This document shows positions 1 through 10,123 of a stretch of DNA of 32,478 bases, one piece after another (position 1 is the stretch's first letter; each line of letters begins with the position of its first letter). Source of the DNA: Craspedostauros australis (Eukaryota). The position numbers and the translations under genes are program-made. The stretch covers positions 1 to 32,478 of the forward strand of contig JALAGF010004938.1 of assembly GCA_030167865.1 (NCBI GenBank), written 5' to 3'. Under the pieces are notes generated by a model. It saw only the letters and a list, made by a program, of their open reading frames with translations. It did not search any database and was not told the DNA's origin.

Positions 1-603
1 TGTCAGCAACAGAATCCTGTCAGAGCAGGAGAGAACACACAGTTTCGAGGACCACAGCTCGAAACAGCAACAACAACAACAACAGCCACTAACGCTAGAT
101 AGGATCGTCTTCTGTGTGTCTTGAGGTCTCTCCTTTGCAGCACTTACCAGCTTGCAAGCATCAGAATTCATTCTGTGGTCTTTAATCGCTACGTAGTTGC
201 ACGTCATCACTGCTAGTGGCTATTGGCGAATGGCCTTGATAACCGATAGTAGCATCTGCGTCTCCTTGCAGTCACGAACCAGTCCTGTGCAGTCACGCTG
301 CTCGAGAGTTCATGTGGGTTCTGTGACCTGACACAACCACAGATTCGCCGAAACGGCTTGCTGTTTCCCGAACAAGCCATGGGCACACTCCCCCTCCTTG
401 TCTGTCGGTCGGAGCAACAATAGCAACAGCAATAACAGCAAACACAGCAACAGTAATTGAATAATAACAATGGTGGAGTAGCCAACTTGAAGAGATCCGA
501 CGCTACGTTGCGCCACAATTACTGTCATCGTTGCGATTAGTACCATACCGCTGTCGTGATTACTCGGGCTGCGACTGTCATCCACACCATCCACAGAATC
601 AAC

Positions 604-2418
604 ATGGGTTCGAAAAGCGGAAGCAGACGAAAGCGATCGACAGCTTCGCGGGCATCCAAAGCAACAAAACCACCACCAACAAGCAATCGAAATGCATGGA
701 TTGTCATCACCTGGATCCTGGTGTTCCTCACCGCCAACCTCCGCTTGTCCGTTATGTTTTTGTGTGGTTTTGGAGAGTGGAATGATGACTCGGTGGCCTT
801 CGCCGTTGACAACGGGACCAGCACCATGACTGCAAGCACGGCTGCATCGGGAGAAGCAACACAGGATGATGCGGGATCCCGGCCACAATCCATCGCTGCG
901 ACAGGCATCGGACCTCATCCAACAGCATCTCAGAACACAGACGCTGTGGCAGCACTTCTTCCACCTGCATTGGAGGTGGGTGGAACTAACACAGCCAATC
1001 AAGCGGAGCATGCTTGTGTCACCAAAAACAACATCCCATGCCAGAAGTACAGAACCAAGGTGCAAGTTGCCATAGATCTATCTCAACGACTTGATGCCCA
1101 ATGCGCTGCAGCTTCCAACACCGATCCTGGATTTGCCACATTGATAAACCCGGCGCTCGATTGTCTCAAGAAAAGCACACTGAACATGACGCGAGAAACC
1201 TTGGTGTATCCCATCGCAGACGCCCATGCGCATTTCAACGAAATCCGACTGGCCGTCTCACAGTGGGCACAGTATGAAGGTCAGAATTACAGAGCAGGAC
1301 CTCTATATGCAGGTCCATGGCTGGAGAACTACTTCATCTCTCACTTCGAGAACAAATACGACGACCGAATCCACAACATCTCAGAGGCAGCAGCAGAAGC
1401 AACAGGGACATCATCGCCATCGTCGTCGTCTCAGTCAACAACACCATTCTGCACGTATGATTTGTTCGGGCCATACATCCCGATCTTGGTTCCCTGGACC
1501 AATCATCAGTACGTTCGTCATCATGAGTATGTTCAGGAATTGTGGTCAATGCTACAGTCTTTGCTCCGCCCCGATGTACCATACATCGTCATCGAGCATC
1601 ACGACGGAGGCGTTCTGGCACCTGGTAACGACCTTGCCATCACCGACTTCCCGAACATCCTTGTGATGTCAGCGGGTGGATACGGCCACGTTCCTGTGCC
1701 ACTGCTCAAGCAACCCGAAGATCCCTTGATACCTCCTCCACCGCCAGGACAAGAGAAGCAACCCACTAAACGTAAGAAATTCCCTACTCCACATCGAATA
1801 CCTGTGGAGAATCGCACGATCGTAGCCTCATACGTGGGTAGCCACAAGAACGCACCACGCCGTCAGAGACAACGCCTCGTTCAAAAATTGTCGAGAATCA
1901 ACGCAGACCCCAACTTTCGGGCGATGAATAGCCGCAACCTCACGATGTTCAAACACTTCAAGGGCTTCGCCTGGCAGAATATCATGGCGAAGTCATGTTT
2001 CTCGCTCTGTCCCCGTGGTACTGGCCGAACAGCCTACCATGTCATGGAGGCAATGCAGATGGGGTTGGTCCCCGTTCATATCTACACGGACATCCCGTGG
2101 CTTCCATACATCGACTTTCTGCGACGCGAAAAGCTCATCATCGTGAAACGGTTCGATGAGGTGTTCCTCTGGCTTCGCGACGAAGTGCTGCCGTGTTTTT
2201 TGGCGCCAACACCGAACTCCACCTGGACATTCGACAAGATCCACGACATGGAACAGCGCATCCTGTCGTTTCGAGACAGCCACTTCTCGTACGAAGGTGC
2301 CATGAAACAAATCGAGGCATTCATTATGGATCCAAGCACGTCAGATTTGAAATGCCAGGCGTTGCCAGCGACACCTTTTGGCGATCAATTGGATGTACCA
2401 CCACCCGTTAGCTTCTGA
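604..2418 (+). CDS. Exostosin-family (GT47) glycosyltransferase, type II membrane protein
   Basis: Single-exon ORF from ATG 604. Basic N-tail, one TM helix (WIVITWILVFLTANLRLSVMFLCGF), low-complexity stem, then an exostosin-like C-terminal signature SCFSLCPRGTGRTAYHVMEAMQMGLVPVHIYTDIPWLPY. Confidence 0.8.
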   Translation: MGSKSGSRRKRSTASRASKATKPPPTSNRNAWIVITWILVFLTANLRLSVMFLCGFGEWNDDSVAFAVDNGTSTMTASTAASGEATQDDAGSRPQSIAATGIGPHPTASQNTDAVAALLPPALEVGGTNTANQAEHACVTKNNIPCQKYRTKVQVAIDLSQRLDAQCAAASNTDPGFATLINPALDCLKKSTLNMTRETLVYPIADAHAHFNEIRLAVSQWAQYEGQNYRAGPLYAGPWLENYFISHFENKYDDRIHNISEAAAEATGTSSPSSSSQSTTPFCTYDLFGPYIPILVPWTNHQYVRHHEYVQELWSMLQSLLRPDVPYIVIEHHDGGVLAPGNDLAITDFPNILVMSAGGYGHVPVPLLKQPEDPLIPPPPPGQEKQPTKRKKFPTPHRIPVENRTIVASYVGSHKNAPRRQRQRLVQKLSRINADPNFRAMNSRNLTMFKHFKGFAWQNIMAKSCFSLCPRGTGRTAYHVMEAMQMGLVPVHIYTDIPWLPYIDFLRREKLIIVKRFDEVFLWLRDEVLPCFLAPTPNSTWTFDKIHDMEQRILSFRDSHFSYEGAMKQIEAFIMDPSTSDLKCQALPATPFGDQLDVPPPVSF

Positions 2419-3048
2419 AAATCTTGAATGCCGCTGCTCAGTACGGCTGTGCTACTTAGAAATTCGATTATGATATGAAGAATATGATGTCCATGACCAC
2501 CGATTACTCTTCCATCAAATCCCTTGTCTCAACATGGTTCAGCGGTGTGATGCGTGGAAGTGTCGCAGCATGAGAGTCATAGGATCTGAAGTGAAGGACT
2601 GCAATTGCAAGCATGGGGCGGTCCAGATGGGCTTCCTGTGTCAAGTGAACAGTGCCGATTTTCCTCCCAGGTTGTGACCATGGAAGACGAACTACATCAT
2701 ATTCATGTTGATTCCGTATTCATGTTAATTGAATAGTTGTGGAGCGCCATAAGACTAGGATATTGTACCACATCATACCATACCATAGGCCGTATCATTC
2801 CGGTAGGTCGCGCTTACTCATGACTAAACGTTTCGTGACGTCTAATGGCCAATCAGATCCAACATCGTCTGGTGTCCAACCAATCCGTCACAGCGAAGAA
2901 TTCAAACAGGAAAACGCGCAATGGATTTCGCCAACACCACTCGCCCTCACCGTCCACCCATCACCATCATCAACCTCTCCCTTGCTCCTGCAGAAAACAG
3001 CCCAGGTCACATCACCCGCACGGGTACTTTGGAGTATCGTACACACAC

Positions 3049-3094
3049 CATCACATCACATCACATACCATCACATCACATCACATCACATCAC
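3049..3094 (+). repeat. (CATCA)n pentanucleotide microsatellite
   Basis: About 9 near-perfect CATCA units read directly, ~270 bp upstream of the ATG at 3363. Confidence 0.9.
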
Positions 3095-3362
3095 TTACCA
3101 TACCAATACCGAGCACATCACGACGTGGAAGAGCGGACTTGTCGGTCATCACAAGCCATCAATTGCATTCGTTCTTTCATACTTCCATCCATCCATCCAG
3201 CCTCCCGATCACGACCATCCAAGTTCGTCCGGGGCGGAGGAACTGCGCAAGAGCACTTCTCTTTCCACAACACATCAACTATCTCTGCCTTCGTCGTCAG
3301 CAGAAAGATAGAAAACAAAGCACTCGTTGAGAAGCAGACGCTGACACCAAATAGAGACAACC

Positions 3363-4871
3363 ATGATGCCGTCAACAACACTCTTGGCATCATCACAGCG
3401 ACGAACACCGTCGGTCTTCGTCACAATAGCACTGGCGTGGTTGATATCTTTTGGAGAATCCTTTCTGCCAGAAGCTCATCGACATGCTGTGCCGAGCATC
3501 AACCGCGTCCCGTCCTGCAGCCGACGATTTGCCGATACCGTCGCCATGGTGGATGACAATTCGAGCAACGACTTGGAGCGCCCGCAGACATTCCTGGACG
3601 AAGAAGAGTACGAGGTGGATGGTGTGAAGATCACCTTCTTGAACGAAGACGACGGCGATGACGAGGAGGATGGCAGCTACGAACAAGAGGTGGCAAAGCC
3701 CAAGCCACGCGCAGGAGCAGGTAGAGAGCGCTGGGACAAACTGAATCCTAAAATCAAACAACGCTTGGTTGAGAAAGGGCAGCGCAAGGCCATTGCGAAC
3801 AAGAAGAAGCGCGAGCCAGCGCATGACAAGAAACGACGTGAGTGTAGAGTGTGCGAAAGTGTGGAGATGGGTTCCTTGCGTGATCGGCGGAAGTTGGGTT
3901 TTTATGACAAGCTCTTGTGTGCATTTCTCCTTTGCCCATAGTGGGACTATGGCTGCGCTGTAGCGATTGAGGAGGCATGGATAGAGAGTACATTGTATTT
4001 TGCGTGCTCTCCCTCTCGCGCATTGGCTACTGGCGCCATACCCGACAGAACTGCTGGCGATTGCGATCGCATGCCCTCTTTCTTTCTGTCCATGGCGTTC
4101 CTGTATAATCATGGCAGCATCAAACGACACTCAACGTTACATTCTCGCTCACTCACACAACCAACCAACAATTGACTTTGCCATTCACGCACTCATCGTG
4201 CAGGCGCCTTGATGTTCTTCAAGGAAAAGCAGAGGGAACGCAAGCTGGCGTCCCGCGTGCAACGTCCATTGGGATTCGATGAACGAACGCCATTGACGGC
4301 CTACTTCCCTGGCATGGAGGTCACCGGTGTTGTCATCTCCTTGACAAAGTACGGTGCCTATGTCGATGTTGGCACCGAATGCGATGGATTGCTGCACATT
4401 TCGCAGCTCACGCGCGAGTTCTTCGTGGAGCACCCGCGCCAGCTGCTCTCGCCGGGAGACGAGGTCTCCGTCAAGGTCCGATCGACGAGTCCGGAATTGA
4501 AGAAGATGCATCTCACGATGCTGGGCATGGATGACGCGAACGGTGGTGTCGTGGACGAAGATGACGACGACGACGACGAATACGAGAAGATCCCGCTGTT
4601 GGACATCGAGCAGGACGACGAGCTGTGGGGCATTCTGAAACGCGTGACGGATTACGGTGCCTACGTCGAGGTGGGAGCGGAAGTCGATGGCTTCCTCCAC
4701 TTCATGGATCATCCTTCCTGGGATCCAGGTGCCCACCCAATGGACTTCATGAAGCTTGGCGACAGAGTGCGGGTTTGGGTGTCGGATGTCAACAGAGAAC
4801 AGAACCGATTGAAGCTCACGGCGAACCGTCCCACGCACATCCCAGGACCGAGGCTAGAGTTGGGGCTTTGA
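3363..4871 (+). CDS. Plastid-targeted tandem S1-domain RNA-binding protein (2 exons)
   Basis: Exons 3363-3837 and 4204-4871; phase-1 intron GTGAGT...CAG joins DKKR|R-ALMFF in frame. Two S1 repeats (GVVISLTKYGAYVDVGTECDGLLHISQL; GILKRVTDYGAYVEVGAEVDGFLHFMD). Signal peptide ends at GES-FLP. Confidence 0.88.
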
Positions 4872-5416
4872 AACAGACAGGATGATTTGAGATAGTCTTA
4901 GTTCATTATCGTACTGACGCTGCAGGTGGTGTGTTGGAGTGGCTTGTACTGCATTGCATTACTTTCATTTCATAGTTCTTGGTTGAACATACTAATACGA
5001 TATCGACGATGTGCCATTCCCTGAATGCAGTGATGCCTCGCGGTCCTTGCTTCCGTGCAAGATAGTTAGGATAACTTCGCCGCCGTTACGTCCCAAATTC
5101 ATCCGGGGCATGCGAATGGGACCACGGTGCTCCTCTACGGCTTCGGCAGCTTATTCTAAACGCTTCGCGACTGGTTGCTCTTGCAACAAGTAGAGTGTGA
5201 CTGAGAAATTTATGACGTTATGCGAGAAAACTTATCATCACGAGACTTGTTCGTCGCAGCGTTGCGTTCATCGATGAACGTGGACTTTCACCAAGTATTG
5301 CACAAAATATCGTGCCATGCTCCATCGTGGTCATAATCTGCGTCCATCTTGTTGATGATAGCAATGCTCGACACATTCCCCAACGCTATCGCGCAGTTGG
5401 CGAAAGGAGACGCAAT

Positions 5417-6469
5417 CTAATGGTGGTCGCCGCCTCCGTGCTTCTCGTAGTACTCCTCCATGGCCTTGGCCTTGATGGCGCGTCGCTCCATCTGCTCTGG
5501 GTCTGCGTGGTTTATGAAGAGCGATGTTGTTGATGTTGTTCACATTGGTTGTTGTTGTTGGTGATGCACAATCAGAAGGCATTGGAAGAGTGTGATGGGT
5601 ACGGATTGCAGCGAAGATCGTAGGACGGAGGCATGATAGCCAGTGTGAGACTCAAGGTCTGTACGAGTTGATCATGTGATGGCACCATGTCATATCGCAG
5701 ACTTGAAGCAGGACAGAAGCAGCCGTGAAATTGGTAGAGCAGGGGGAGCAAGTCACACCCTGTCGAGAGAATAGATGAATCAACAGACCAATCATCGGAA
5801 GGGCAACTGCGCTGATGGTGCAGCGCGCTCATATTGCACGCAAGCACGCGCAATTGAGATCTTTGGTGCATGCCCATGCTCATGCTCATAGTCCTGTTCG
5901 TGCGCATGTGTTTTTGTGCGGATTGAGATTCACTTACAGACACGAGCGGTGTAAGTTCCAGTGTACATGATGGCGGAGATGCCGACCATAGCGTGGAACA
6001 ACACAGTGGCCCTGCGATGAGCAACGGACGAAAGGGAGCATGTGCGTCATGTGTTGGTTTACCAACAAGATGGTAAGGAGACACGGAGGCGTGTTGGTAG
6101 GCAGGTGAGTAAGCGAGCGCATTGAAGGGTTGAATTGGATGGTTGCATCGATGGCAGCAAGAAAGAACGCTACACGGACGATGATGCCTTTCTCGGTCCA
6201 GAATCAAGATGACGACAACCGCCACAACACGCTGGAAACACTACTGAGTCGATTCATTCGACCGCTTCGTCCAACCGCGAAACAATGCCGAAGTCAACGA
6301 CGATCATGATGATTATCGATGACGGTTGCAGCCAAAAGGCATCTTGGCATGCGAGAACGTACTTGTTCTTGCGGATGAGAGGGTGGTAGTAGTTGTGGGC
6401 TCTCACGGCCACGAAGTTGGCCATGCCAGTGTAGAACTTGGGGTCGAACAGCTTTCCGATAGACGCCAT
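5417..6469 (-). CDS. 88-aa single-pass membrane protein, probable mitochondrial ATP synthase subunit f (3 exons)
   Basis: Exons 6469-6363, 6011-5938, 5502-5417 with GTACGT/GTAAGT donors and CAG acceptors, all in frame: MASIGKLFDPKFYTGMANFVAVRAHNYYHPLIRKNKATVLFHAMVGISAIMYTGTYTARVYPEQMERRAIKAKAMEEYYEKHGGGDHH. The gene model is solid. The product call rests on recalled resemblance to plant-type subunit f (size, LFH at TM start, HGGH-like tail). Confidence 0.7.
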
Positions 6470-6944
6470 GGTGATGCAGATTTGATTGTCTGTGTGTGTG
6501 CGTGTGGGTGTGTTGTGTGTGCACTTGTGGCGATGCGAAGGTGGACGTTGTTGGCGTTGCTGCGAAGTTCGTGCCACGAAGACTCGTGTGTGACGAAATT
6601 CGTCTCGTTTTTGCGTTGTGTGTTGTTGCTGCGCGCGTTGGTTTGTGCTGTGTGTGTTTGCTGCTTCGCGCCGCGATGGCGTCGACGATTAGTACGATCA
6701 AATTTTATTCGTGATTCGATGAATATGGACTGACTTGATGTGCCGTTTCGCGGCAAAGGAATTTGAATCCAAACGGAAGAAAGTGGTGATGGATGACCAA
6801 TCTCGGCTCGACAAACAAGCGCGAGCGCGGACGACCCCACGCGATCGGTGCGAGCAGCACCTGCATCCCAAACTCAGCAGGTGTTGTCAAACTCTCATCA
6901 TAGCTCGTGTGATGCCGTACTCGGACATCGAATCATTATCGATC

Positions 6945-8026
6945 ATGAATAGAGGCTACCGTGATAATCGTGCTCGCAATGGAAGGCAAGGGGAAAGGAT
7001 GGCACCGGTGAATGTGGATGGCAGAGGAAGAAATGATGCAAGTCGATCGCAGCGCGGCTGTGGACACGGTCGTGACACGACAAGTACTGTCGTTGGTGCC
7101 GACACGATGGCATCATCCAAGCGCGATTATTCGTCGTTGTCATCTGCAGCTCCATCCTCTCGTCACCAGCAGACACCACAGCAGCAGCAGCAGCAGCAAC
7201 AAGGCAACCAACATCGAACGAAACGGCTGAAGTTCAGCATGAGCGCCGGTCAATCCGAGACCAAGGAGCCCGAATTCCGCAAGCTGGATCGTTCTGACTC
7301 GGCACACGCCAACAAGATGCAGAAACGGCATCGTGAAATACTGAAGGGCAAAAATACGATCGGTTACGAAGAATATCTGCGACAGGTACCAAAGGAGCGA
7401 CGACGAGCGCGATCGATGAAGACTCCGTCAACTCCGGATCATACGTTGGATATCTCCAACAAGCGATGGCTTGGCATGGTTCGGGCGTGGTGAGTGTGTC
7501 GTTATCGATGCGAGGGTGGCTGCGCGTGCATGCACTTTCATCCATTTTTCCTTCGGCCAGATTCCATGTCTCTTTTGCATATCCTTTGATCTGCTGCCTG
7601 CTCATCTATGCTCATCTATTCTTTGCGCAACCTATGAACAAAACAAAAAGGCGTCGGGCCTTGCACGAGTATGATCCGCCAGATGTCAAGACGCTGAGTC
7701 AAGAAGGGACGAACGATAGTGCATCTTCCACACCAAAGCGTGATATATTCCAAGCTGGTGCCTCAAACAGCAAGGCGGACAATAGCGATGGGGTTGTTGA
7801 GGGCAAACGACCACATCGCTCAGAAGATAAAGGTGTCACAAGTATAGCACTTGGCCAAGCATCAAACAGCCAAGCAGATGGAACACAGCATGGACAGAGT
7901 GGTGATGGCCGAGAAATCAGCAACGAAGATGGCATGGAGCAGCCGAATCAATGGGATGGTGGTCTACCTCCGGAGGGTGCCGCCTTGGATTGGGCTGAGG
8001 TTGACAGTGACGACGATCTCATCTGA
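6945..8026 (+). CDS. SLBP: Histone RNA stem-loop (hairpin)-binding protein (2 exons)
   Basis: Intron 7490-7650 (GTGAGT...AAG, phase 2) completes the SLBP RNA-binding domain RHREILKGKNTIGYEEYLRQVPKERR...TPSTPD...SNKRWLGMVRAW|RRALHEYDPP. Start codon uncertain (6912, 6945, 6999 and 7107 are in frame). Confidence 0.88.
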
Positions 8027-8484
8027 GTTTGATACGGCCAGCTTGTAGGGGAGGATAACAACAAAACACCCTACTCTACAAGTATTCACATGCTGTATTT
8101 CATCTTCTGATATTCTTGTATGCATGTCTAAAGAGGATGAACAAGTCTATCCTTTCTCAACACGCAAGGCACGCACCTGTATGGTACACACGCACACGCA
8201 GGTATCTCCATCGGATCTTGGCAGCGTCCGCTCTTGGACAAAGTCATTGAGCGCGTGCGTGCAAAGCGCTAGCTTTGACCAATTCGACTAAACGAAACAA
8301 CCGAACAAAACATCAGACACATCACCAACATCCGACAGAACCCGCCTCGTCGCAAAGATCGCAACCCCACGCACCTCTCGTTGATGTGTCCAGACACACT
8401 CCAATCCATCGCATCACACTCCGCTCCAGCATATCATCAACCCCATGTGCTTGTGCGTGTGCCATTCAGATTGATTTCTACACG

Positions 8485-9726
8485 ATGTTGCAACAACGGA
8501 ACGCCGCCATTTCAGCCATTGCGGCCATTCTCAGCATCTCCATTGCGAGCATGCGGCCATGCGTGGCATGGTTCCCGTCTATGGCTGCGCCAGCAACAAG
8601 AACCTTCGGCGCACCAGGATGTGCGAGTTCGCACATGCATCAGCATCAACGGCAGCAGCTGCACAGGAAGCAGCGGGACAGCATCTCTGAAAAGCGCATG
8701 GTGGCAAGCGAGAGCACGATTCCGGACACGTCCACACCGCTGTCACCCAACACCTTTGCTGGGATGGTGGAGCGGGGGCTGTTGGAACGGTTCGATGAGA
8801 AGGACATCCAGCGTGTGCTGGCCTCCTGGCGTCTTCTCGACAAAGGCTACGAGCACACGGAGTACGTGGGAGAGGCCGGGAAGGAGGCCAGCAGCAACAT
8901 GGTGCAGGAGTGCCATTCGTACGTCCCGGGCCTCAGCATCACGCCCTTTTGGAATCCGGAAGACTTCGAATGGGCAAAGTACCTGGAGTCGCACTACGCG
9001 ACGATGTACAAGGAATTCAAGGATGTCACCAGGGACATGCAAAAGCTGCAGAAGCAGGGCAACAACATCTGGGCAGGTGCGCTCACGGAGGATGCATCGG
9101 CGTACGGGCTGGGTTGGAAGACGCTGGTGCTCATGGATCGTGGAAGGTGGGATCCCGACAACGTCAATCTCTTCCCCACCATCTCCCAGACAGTGCGCGA
9201 CAGCGGCGTCCCGGCGACGGAGGTCTTCTTCGCCAGCATGGACGGACCATCCGCCATCAAGCAGCACACGGACTTCACGAACTTCGTCCTCACTTCGCAT
9301 CTGCCGCTCGAAGTTCCGTGCAACGGAGACAACAAGTGCCGCTTATCCGTCGGCGACGAGACGAATCAATGGCTGAATGGAAACGTCATGATCTTCGACA
9401 CGTCCCTGTTGCACGATGCCATCAACGAGAGCGACGAGACGCGGTACATCCTCATGATGCGGTTGTGGCATCCAGATCTGACGTCGGCCGAACGCGAAGC
9501 CTTGCAATTCACCTATGATTGCTTGGAATTGCCCGGCCTGGTCAGCGATGACGCCTCCGAAAAGTTCATGGCGGAGAACATGGCGTCCACCATCAAGGCC
9601 TTTCCTGAAATCAAATCCAAGACCCCCGCTGCCAGCGAAGGCTTTGGTTCGGGTAGCAGCAATGGTGGCAAGAAGAAGAACAAGAAGAGCAAGAAGGGTG
9701 GAAAATCCAAAGGTTTTGGATCATAG
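8485..9726 (+). CDS. Aspartyl/asparaginyl beta-hydroxylase-domain 2OG-Fe(II) oxygenase, probably plastid-targeted
   Basis: HxD...H motifs IKQHTDFTNFVLTSHLPL and WLNGNVMIFDTSLLHDAINESDETRYILMMRLWHPDL. Signal peptide ends at CVA-WFP. Lys-rich C-terminal tail. Confidence 0.88.
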   Translation: MLQQRNAAISAIAAILSISIASMRPCVAWFPSMAAPATRTFGAPGCASSHMHQHQRQQLHRKQRDSISEKRMVASESTIPDTSTPLSPNTFAGMVERGLLERFDEKDIQRVLASWRLLDKGYEHTEYVGEAGKEASSNMVQECHSYVPGLSITPFWNPEDFEWAKYLESHYATMYKEFKDVTRDMQKLQKQGNNIWAGALTEDASAYGLGWKTLVLMDRGRWDPDNVNLFPTISQTVRDSGVPATEVFFASMDGPSAIKQHTDFTNFVLTSHLPLEVPCNGDNKCRLSVGDETNQWLNGNVMIFDTSLLHDAINESDETRYILMMRLWHPDLTSAEREALQFTYDCLELPGLVSDDASEKFMAENMASTIKAFPEIKSKTPAASEGFGSGSSNGGKKKNKKSKKGGKSKGFGS

Positions 9727-10123
9727 GGTTGGTACCATACGAACTACGCTTGCACCGGTACTTGCACAGATACGCTGGGGGGTTCTACGAGTATGTAGCA
9801 CAAACATGACTGAACATGGGAGGCCAACGCAAAGTCGGATTCAGCGACCAACGCTCCACACACGAAATCATGCTGAAGTCCAACACTCCACTCGAATGTA
9901 CAGTATAATGACATACATACACGGACGCCGCTGAAGTGCATTCCGTGCATATAATGTGATACCTTCCGTAGATAGCTCGTACAGTAATTGATTGCTTGCG
10001 TCTGCGTGATTCTCTAGAAATAATAGCGGTTTTAGTTCGGTCAACGGCAAGAAGTTACTCTACCTAGTCGCATCATACTCCTAGCGTGCGTATTGTCCTC
10101 GTATGATGGTGAGTATGCTCCTA

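Noticed and set aside
213-518. Cys-rich minus-strand ORF (CCCVCCYCCCYCC), metallothionein-like
   Set aside because: It is the antisense translation of a CAA/CAG-rich low-complexity tract upstream of the exostosin gene.
2739-3330. His-rich ORFs (HHITSHHIT)
   Set aside because: They are translations of the CATCA microsatellite in the S1 gene upstream region.
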